Below, one piece after another: positions 55,474 to 64,000 of a stretch of DNA of 64,000 nt. The DNA is taken from the NCBI GenBank assembly GCA_946965045.2, contig OX337229.1, positions 1,426,001-1,490,000 of the forward strand, in the 5' to 3' direction. Within the stretch, counting starts at the first letter, position 1. The number at the start of each line of letters is the position of its first letter. The notes beneath the pieces were generated by a model. That model did no database searches and was not told the DNA's origin. It was given only the letters and a program-made list of their open reading frames with translations. The translations under genes and the position numbers were made by a program. This stretch comes from Epithemia pelagica (Eukaryota; Protista; Bacillariophyta).

Positions 55474-56661
55474 TTATCCAAATTGAGAATTCTCTTCGAT
55501 GTACTCATTCAGGCTATCGTCGAGCTCTTCGACAATACTGATCAAGCCCTGGTCCACCTTCTTAGAAACCCGTTGAAACCCATCCAAGGCTTCCTCCGTG
55601 AGTTGCTTCAATTCATGAGCAAAGCCAAGTCCCCGAACTGTCAAGCCAGCTTGAAGCACTGCCAACCTTTCCACCGTGGTTTCGTAGCCGATCAATTGTC
55701 CCAGTACCTGTGCAGCTTCGCCCAGATCCTCGCCCAGCTCTTCGACAACTCGCGCGTGGATAATTCGCATTATTTCCAATAGTCGTGAGGACTCCTGAGT
55801 CTTTGTCGTTGCACTGGCGATTCTATCGCATTCATTCTCCACATAACGAAGGAAGCCGGGAGTCAAGCTATCTCTTTCAGACACAAACAAGTTGTCCAGT
55901 GCCTCTTCCCTTTCTCCGGAGGTCAACTCTTTTGAAGACACAATCCTTAGTATCTTTCCCATGAGCTCTTTGTTTTTCGCGTCAATTTTAGACGTTTGAA
56001 CAACAAAATCCTCGACAAAACTGAACGACAGTTCAGCTGCTCGATGGAGATTTGCGGCTTTAGATTCGTCTCCGTCTGAATGGGCATCATCTACTATAGA
56101 ATTTGCGACTTCCAGACCATCATGTTTTGCCAAATCAAGTAGGAAATCAAAATTCTTTGCAAGGATCGAAGGAATGTGGTCGGGGTCTTTTGCTTCGAGA
56201 ATTGAGTTGAGAAGTTTCTGGAATTTCTCTTTGAGTTCTGGTCTCCGCCTTTGACTTTCTTGTTTGTTTTGTTCATCTTTCATGGACCCATGCTGATGGC
56301 GCAACTCGGTTGATTTCCTCGGAACTCGAACTCGAACGGCATCAAGCCAAGCCGATTGAACATGGCACGGTCGTCCAACCGAAAGGAGGCCCTCCGTAGG
56401 CTTGCATAACATGAGGACTAAGGGAACCCATGACCGCGTTAAGAAGAAGCCTATCGTGTTCTGTCGCATCTTCTCTCTTCCCTTTTCCGTTGTCTCCAAC
56501 CGCCGTTTGGTAATGATATATGATATATTCTTTGGGATCTTTTGTTCATGGGGTCCGGGGTCGCGGATCGATCCTGGATTGCTACGCGAATCGTGCGTCG
56601 TGCGCCACAAAAGTCGCACGCTCAGCGCATGTCCAATTGGATGGGGGTTGCGTCTGTACAT
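55474..56661 (-). CDS. Hypothetical helical protein (likely start MRQNT near 56469, with signal peptide)
   Basis: 395-aa ORF with a hydrophobic leader after the second Met. No recognised domain. Confidence 0.65.
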   Translation of the reverse strand: MYRRNPHPIGHALSVRLLWRTTHDSRSNPGSIRDPGPHEQKIPKNISYIITKRRLETTEKGREKMRQNTIGFFLTRSWVPLVLMLCKPTEGLLSVGRPCHVQSAWLDAVRVRVPRKSTELRHQHGSMKDEQNKQESQRRRPELKEKFQKLLNSILEAKDPDHIPSILAKNFDFLLDLAKHDGLEVANSIVDDAHSDGDESKAANLHRAAELSFSFVEDFVVQTSKIDAKNKELMGKILRIVSSKELTSGEREEALDNLFVSERDSLTPGFLRYVENECDRIASATTKTQESSRLLEIMRIIHARVVEELGEDLGEAAQVLGQLIGYETTVERLAVLQAGLTVRGLGFAHELKQLTEEALDGFQRVSKKVDQGLISIVEELDDSLNEYIEENSQFG

Positions 56662-57119
56662 CTGTCTGTTGAAGAAAAAATCCGCTCCCTACTCCCAAGC
56701 ATGTATGCTATTAGCCGCTGTTAGATGGATTCCATAGAAATAGCCCTTTTGAAAAATTATATCGTGCTGGGGATTCGTATGTGGGGGAGAAGATATGCAC
56801 CTCTATTGTTCATTCATTGCAATTTGCACTTTGCACCCCGCACACCCCAGTGTCGGGCGCGTCACAGACGCGACACAAAGTTTTGCGTCGGAATTTATTC
56901 TCCATGTCGCAGTGTCACTGAACAAGAAAAAGAGAAGCAAAAGATACCCCATCACTTGATGGAGTGACGACGGCAACAAAGTGAAAACATCCAACTTTGT
57001 TTGTGGTCCACATCTCAGGTTGGGTTGAACTGAGGAAGGACCACTACCATTCGATTCTTTGTTGCAGTTTACGTGAACGAGTTCTTGTAACTAGGAAGAA
57101 AACAAAAGAAGAATCAAAC

Positions 57120-60100
57120 ATGGTGTTGCGCACCGTGTCAAGATGTCTCTCGCGTCGTCGTTGGTTGATAGTCGGCCATTCAGGAACTCGGGCATTGTCC
57201 TCTTTGACAAGCTGGAATGGTTTTGCGCATTCGCCATCCGTGTTGCCTGGACGCCATACCACGACCTTCGGCTGGACAGCAACACCGACGGATCGTCGAG
57301 GCCATTCTGTTGGTGGCAGTCCTCTGTCCTCGGCTCCCACACGAACCATGGCCACCGACGCCAAGAATGATGGGCCTCCTGTCTTTTCCAAGTTGTTGGC
57401 GGCCAATCGAGGAGAAATTGCGACCCGCATTTTGCGCGCCACGACCGAATTGGGCATTCCTTCGGCTGGTATTTATTCGCACGAAGGTAGGCAGCCAGTC
57501 TGATGGGACATTGTTCGGCGTTTGTATTGATTCAACGGTGCTTGCTGGAAGATGGCCTTGGGTTGTACATGTTATAGTGGCTCACCATTTTTTGATTCAC
57601 TACTTGACTTTGTCTGCTTTCTGGGAAAACAAAACAGATCGTTTCACGCAACATCGTTACAAATGCGATCAAGCCTTTGCGTTAGATAGCCGAAAACCAC
57701 CCGTGGCGCAATATTTGGATATTCCCAACATTGTTTCCATTTGTCAACAAAACGAGGTTACCGCCGTTCATCCTGGATATGGATTTTTGTCCGAAAATCA
57801 AGCCTTTGCGCAAGCTTTGACCGATGTCGGTATTACCTTTGTTGGCCCGACCGTGGCCAATCTACAAGCCTTTGGTGACAAAACGGCGGCTCGACAAATG
57901 GCCTTGGCAGCCAACGTTCCTGTCGTTGCGGGGAGTCCACAAGCCTTTGCCACGGCCCAAGAAGCGGCCGAATGGATTGCCAATCCAGAAAATCAGTGTG
58001 CCTATCCAGTCATTGTCAAGGCTCTAATGGGTGGAGGAGGACGAGGTATTCGCATTGTGCCAACCGAACAAGACTTGCCTGCACTCTTTGCCGAAGCCTC
58101 GAATGAAGCTGCTACTGCCTTTGGCGATGGTCGATGCTTCATTGAAAAATATGTGGAACAACCTCGACACATTGAAGTCCAATGTTTGGGTGATGGTTCG
58201 GGGAAAGTCGTGCATCTGTGGGATCGCGATTGCTCTGTGCAACGAAGGCATCAAAAAGTGATCGAATTAGCGTACGTATTATGGCTTCGCTTTCTCTGAT
58301 ACGTGAGTTTTCATCTCACATCTTCGTTTTCTCTTGCTCTTGTGCCTCATTTTTTAAACTGGACGGCGTGATTTGTGATCAACCATGTGACCTTGTGATC
58401 GACTCGTGCCTCTGTGGGAATATACGTCGGTTGATCATGCCTCGTTTGGGAATGTATATCCGCACTGAATTCTAGTCCGGCCGAGGGCTTGCCAGAGGCA
58501 ACACGTGCGGGTATTCTGAGCGATGCTGTGAGATTGCTGAGTTCGGCCAACTATCGCAATGCCGGTACGGTAGAGTTCCTTGTGGACAAACATGGACAGC
58601 ACTACTTTATGGAAGTCAATCCACGTGTGCAAGGTAAGAAATTTCAAGGGGTTCGTGTAACAAAGCTCGATGATGGAAGAAGTATCCCAAAATGGCATTT
58701 ATTGTTTCTCTCACGGTTTGCTCCTGCACTCAATATCATCTTCTACATACACTACACCTCAATTCAGTCGAACATACGGTGACAGAAGAAATTACTGGAA
58801 TTGATATAGTCCAATCGCAGATTCTGATTGCTTCGGGAAAGTCCTTGGAGGATTTGGGTTTGACACAAGACAAAATTCCCCCACCGATGGGCTGTGCCAT
58901 GCAATGCCGAGTCACCACCGAAGATCCATCACAAGGATTTCGACCCGACACCGGTACCATTTCTGTTTTTCGTATGCCCTGTGGTATGGGCATTCGATTG
59001 GACGACGGACCGGGTTTTCCTGGTGCCCGCATCACTCCTCATTATGATTCTCTCTTGGTTAAAATCACCTCACGGGCCCGGAATCGAATGGAGGCCGCAC
59101 GGAAATTGGAACGAGCCATTCGAGAATTTCGTGTCCGTGGAGTCAAAACCAACAAAAGTTTCTTGCTCAACGTTCTACGGCACGAAGACTTTTTGAACGG
59201 TGTGGTCCACACCGGATTTATTGCCGCCAATCCCACATTGCTGGATCCAGTCAAGGAACAAGATCGTGGACAAAAGATTTTGCGGTACATTGGAAATATC
59301 ATTGTCAATGGAACACCTAAAGGTAAGTACAAATGAAGCGACTGAGATATTGGCCCATCGTTTGAATGGAATAGAGCCATCGTCGACCGAAGGCTTCTTC
59401 CAGGACGCTCTCACTAACTTTCGCCCTGGACAATGACACATTTTTCAGAACTGGGTGCCGTTGGATCTCGCCCTAGTTCCGTCGACCCCATGATACCAAC
59501 CATTGAACCAACTCCTGCACAAGTAAAGCAGAAAGACAGCGGCCCGTCTTTGAAACAAATCTTTGACACTCAAGGTCCTCAAGCTTTTGCCAAGGCAGTC
59601 CGCGATCGCGAAGGCTTGTTGATTACGGATACGACTTGGCGGGATGCTCATCAGTCCTTGTTGGCGACGCGGTTGCGTACAATTGACATGCTGAACATCG
59701 CCCAATCGACCAGCGTTGCTCTCTCCAATGCCTATTCATTAGAATGCTGGGGCGGGGCCACCTTTGACGTCGCTATGCGGTTTTTGCGCGAAGATCCATG
59801 GGAACGATTGGCAACCTTGCGTGAGGCCGTACCCGATATTCCCTTTCAAATGCTTCTGCGTGGAGCAAATGCTGTAGGATACACTTCCTATCCAGATAAT
59901 GTGGTTTTCGACTTTTGCAAAGTGGCAAAAGAAGCCGGTATGGATGTCTTTCGTGTCTTTGACTCGGTTAACTACCTTGAAAATATGAAACTTGGTATTG
60001 ATGCCGTGGGACAAGCAGGCGGTATCGTCGAGGCTGCGGTTTGTTATACGGGTGATGTCTCAAACCCTGAGCGGGGAATGTACAACCTTGACTACTACTT

Positions 60101-61682
60101 GGAGTTTGCCCGACAATTGGAACAGTTGGGCATTCATGTACTCGCGATCAAGGATATGGCAGGTCTTTTAAAGCCACAAGCGGCCACCCTTCTTATTGGG
60201 GCTCTACGAAAGGAACATCCTAATCTTCCTATTCACGTTCATACTCATGACACGGTAAGATCTCTATTTGAGGCGACGTGATTGACGACGTCGCAAACGT
60301 CAATTCTCTCATTATCCGTTTCTGTTTCATAGGCTGGAACCGGTGTTGCCAGTATGCTTGCATGCGCGTATGCGGGTGCAGATGCCGTTGATGCAGCTTG
60401 CGATGCCATGTCTGGCACGACGTCTCAGCCAACTCTGGGCGCTCTTGTGGCAGGAACGACGGGAACGGAGCTCGACACAGGTTTGGATTTGGCACAGATT
60501 CAGTCTTTGAACGAGTATTGGGAGGAATGCCGCGGTTTGTATGCCCCCTTTGAGTCGGGTCAGAAAACTGGCAGCAGTGATGTTTACGTTCACGAAATGC
60601 CCGGTGGTCAGTACACCAATCTCTTGTTCCAATCGACTCAACTTGGTTTAACAGGACAGTGGTCCAAGGTCAAGAATGCGTACGCCATGGCGAACCGTTT
60701 GTTAGGTGATATCGTCAAGGTCACACCGAGCTCGAAGGTCACTGGTGACTTAGCGCAGTTCATTGTTGCAAACAACTTGACTGAACAAGAAGTCATTGAC
60801 AAGGCCGAATCGTTGTCATTTCCCAAATCGGTAATTGAATACTTCCAGGGATTTCTAGGCATTCCACCCTTTGGCTTTCCGGAACCTCTTCGTTCTCGTG
60901 TCCTCAAAGGACGTACAATCCCCGACACCAATGGACTGACCTGCTTCGAAGGACGACCTGGTGCCGATTTGATGCCCTTTGATTTTGAGGGTGCTCGTGA
61001 TAAATTATCCTCGAAGTGGGGCTCCGAACTTGGCGACGAAGTCAAGGATGTCGATGTCCTGAGTCATGCTATGTACCCCGCTGTATTTGATGAATGTAAG
61101 TGGAAATCATGAATGATTTTTTCAATCACAGTTTCCCTATGTGAGCTGGGACCCAAGTCTTCTCACGTGTTCGATGGGATGCCCATTTCAATCGCAGACA
61201 TGCAATTCAAATCAGAATATGGCAACGTTTCTTTTATTGACACTCGAATGTTCTTGACGGGGATGAAAGTGGACGAGGAAAAGACCATTGTGATTGAAAA
61301 AGGCAAAGAACTTGTGATCAAACTGATTTCCGTTTCGGAACCCGACACGGACGGAATGGTGACTCTGCAATTCGAATTGAATGGAACTCCACGCATGGTG
61401 CAAGTCCAAGACAAGTCAGTTGGTACGGAGAAAATGGCTCGTCCCAAGGCTTTGGTGAGCGTAGAGGGCAGTGTGGGAGCTCCCATGCCGGGTGTTGTGA
61501 TTGACACCAAGGTCAAAAAGGGCGACAAGGTCAAAAAGGGTGATCCCCTCGTGAGTCTTTCCGCCATGAAGATGGAAACCAGTGTGACTGCTCCCGTGAG
61601 TGGAACCGTGAAGCATGTCGAGGTCACGACTGGCGAACAAATCGAAGCGGGTGACCTCTTGGTGGAAATTGATGAAACATGA
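57120..61682 (+). CDS. PYC: Pyruvate carboxylase (BC-CT-BCCP), mitochondrial-type transit peptide; multi-exon
   Basis: [80 protein letters not shown]. Confidence 0.97.
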
Positions 61683-62322
61683 TGAAATGATGGTGATAGG
61701 ATCCACCGGTAAGGAACAAACTATTACTCCTATATCCATTATAAGACTGTGCTTAATATGAATATTAGTGATGACAGATGACCGAAAGACATACGTTATG
61801 GGATGTAAGATTAGAGTTCTTATGCCATTCAAGTTCTCCCTGTTTGCCGTCATGGTGAGAAGACTACCTAGTGCCTTCACGGGTGATACGGCCAGACCCT
61901 GCATTTTAGCGGCCAAATGACCATGGTGGTCTTTAACGATTACTAGCTCAATATAGCACCTCCATAGATATGGGATGATAGAAATCATCTTCATACAATG
62001 CTTTAGGTCCCCACCGGGCACTTTTTCCATATCTGCCATCGTCATCGAGTTCTCTCTCATCATTGTAGGGTCTTTTTTTTTTTTGCGATTTGGCCGCTAG
62101 ATTGCCCGTTGGCCGGTACATTCACCATGCGATTTCTCCACCAATACTTGACCAATTGCCATGAAATTAGAATATGTTATCGACCTTAGTGTAAATAAAA
62201 ACACAACTGACCCATATAGGCTATCCCCAAGCATAGGATGCAAACGAGCTTCCACACCATTGCGTCGATTTTTCGACGTGGCACGGACCACATGAGATTA
62301 GCCTACTCATTCATCGAAGTCA

Positions 62323-63633
62323 GCTCCATGGATATGGCCGCTCCAGACGTCCTACTTAGTAGTCTTTTATGTTAGGCTCTACTTTAGCGATCTGAGGTAT
62401 CAGATCGATCATCGGTGATATGGCCATTGAGAAAAGGCGATCCATCGATGGACGCTTCTTTTCGACGCATCACACACAACAGGAGTTTTCGACCAAAGGA
62501 TGACGAGACCTGGCTCCATGGATATGGCCGCTCCAGACGTCCTACTTAGTAGTCTTTTATGTTAGGCTCTACTTTAGCGATCTGAGGTATCAGATCGATC
62601 ATCGGTGGTATGGCCATTGAGAAAAGGCCATCCATCGGTGGACGCTTCTTTTCGACGCATCACACACAACAGGAGTTTTCGACCAAAGGATGACGAGACC
62701 CAGCTCCATGGATATGGCCGCTCCAGACGTCCTACTTAGTAGTCTTTTATGTTAGACTCTACTTTAGCGATCTGAGGTATCAGCTTGATCATCGGTGGTA
62801 TGGCCATTGAGAAAAGGCGATCCATCGATGGACGCTTCTTTTCGACGCATCACACACAACAGGAGTTTTCGACCAAAGGATGACGAGACCCGGCTCCATG
62901 GATATGGCCGCTCCAGACGTACTACTTCTTTGACCGTTACTATAGAGACTAAGTTAGGTTATACAAGTCTCAGATCCGGCATAGGGGCCATGGTCCTCAT
63001 GATCGAGGCGATCATCCATGGACAATTATTCGTCGTGCCACGGAGCACAAGGATTTTGGACCAATGGATGATGCCATGCCAATATTCGACAATGGTTCCT
63101 CTGGACGTCCTACTTTTTTGCCCGTTACTATAGAGACTAAGTTAGGTTATACAAGTCTCAGATCCGGCGTAGGGGCCATGGTCCTCATGATCGAGGCGAT
63201 CATCCATGGACAATCATTCGTCGTGCCACGGAGCACAAGGATTTTGGACCAATGGACAATGCCATGCCAATATTCGACAATGGTCCCTCCGGACGTCCTA
63301 CTTTTTTGACCGTTACTATAGAGACTAAGTTAGGTTACACAAGTCTCAGATCCGGCGTAGGGGCCATGGTCCTCATGATCAAGGCGATCATCCATGGACA
63401 ATCATTCGTCGTGCCACGGAGCACAAGGATTTTGGACCAATGGACGATGCCATGCCAATATTTGACAATGGTCCCTCTGGACGTCCTTCTTTTTTGCCCG
63501 TTACTATAGAGACTAAGTTAGGTTACACAAGTCTCAGATCCGGCTTAGGGGCCATGGTCCTCATGATCGAGGCGATCATCCATGGACAATCATTCGTCGT
63601 GCTACGGAGCACAAGGATTTTGGACCAATGGAC
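62323..63633. repeat. Composite tandem array: 3 x 190-bp monomer A, then ~3.8 x 188-bp monomer B, with a degenerate copy upstream (~62133-62322)
   Basis: GCTCCATGGATATGGCCG at 62323, 62513, 62703 and 62893. GTTACTATAGAGACT at 62936, 63124, 63312 and 63500. Confidence 0.95.
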
Positions 63634-63714
63634 GAAGCCGCGCTATGATCCAACTCTAAAGCTTATGTTTCCATATTTATCGTCATTGCTATACTTGACA
63701 GGCTTAACTATCAT

Positions 63715-64000
63715 TTATTTGCCATAGGTGTCGAAGAGGAAGTCACCGTCATCTTGTTGAGTCTCGGCAAAGTCGAACGAAAGATCGCTGTCTACAGCAG
63801 TTCCACGGGAAGATGCACTCTTGAGGCTACGTATGGAGGCGGTGCTCAGGGTGGATAAACGGGACAAAGGCTTCTGATTGTCTTCAGGGATGGGGCTGAT
63901 CTCATCAGCAAACTTGATCTTGGAATGGCGCACTGGAGTGTTGCTCCCTCCGTTCGATCCATGTTCCAGGAAATCGTCTCTCATCTTGAGGATTGATGAT
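63715..64000 (-). CDS. 3' end of a gene extending beyond the window
   Basis: Open frame from the window edge to the stop at 63715, S/D-rich. Confidence 0.55.
   Translation of the reverse strand, partial: SSILKMRDDFLEHGSNGGSNTPVRHSKIKFADEISPIPEDNQKPLSRLSTLSTASIRSLKSASSRGTAVDSDLSFDFAETQQDDGDFLFDTYGK

Noticed and set aside
61416-62063. 215-aa minus-strand ORF overlapping the PYC 3' end, considered as a transposase relic
   Set aside because: No convincing catalytic motifs in any frame, and partly antisense to PYC.
61902-62105. 18-bp imperfect inverted repeat (ATTTGGCCGCTA core) as a possible small MITE
   Set aside because: No TSD is discernible and there is no second copy in the window.
62323-63633. 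CRISPR-like or coding-repeat interpretation of the tandem array
   Set aside because: Whole monomers repeat with no unique spacers, no cas genes are present, and the 188/190-bp units break the frame.

Overview
Gene-dense eukaryotic nuclear DNA with short GT-AG introns, most consistent with a pennate diatom (DUF6824 protein, signal-peptide plus F-start plastid-type leaders, mitochondrial-type pyruvate carboxylase); the taxon is an inference. It holds about 35 mostly housekeeping genes, including MBD protein, JMJD4, RPB3, SAM-RBR ligase, UTP12, UBC6, copine, Kir-like channel, LAS1, DnaJ, KCR, MTHFS, BET1, adenylate kinase and PYC. The non-routine content is: (1) an intact ~7.5 kb two-ORF CRE-clade non-LTR retrotransposon ending just upstream of the DnaJ ATG, with an atypical VMDD RT motif, an ATGTGTAG start/stop overlap, an unrecognised ORF1 with a 267-bp duplication, and extreme strand skew; (2) two different PIF/Harbinger-type MITEs back-to-back sharing one TTA; (3) a composite ~189-bp tandem array that switches from a 190-bp to a homologous 188-bp monomer; (4) an RBR ligase whose Cys-rich tail lies in the +1 frame. 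Splice sites and boundaries were read by eye; no database search was run.
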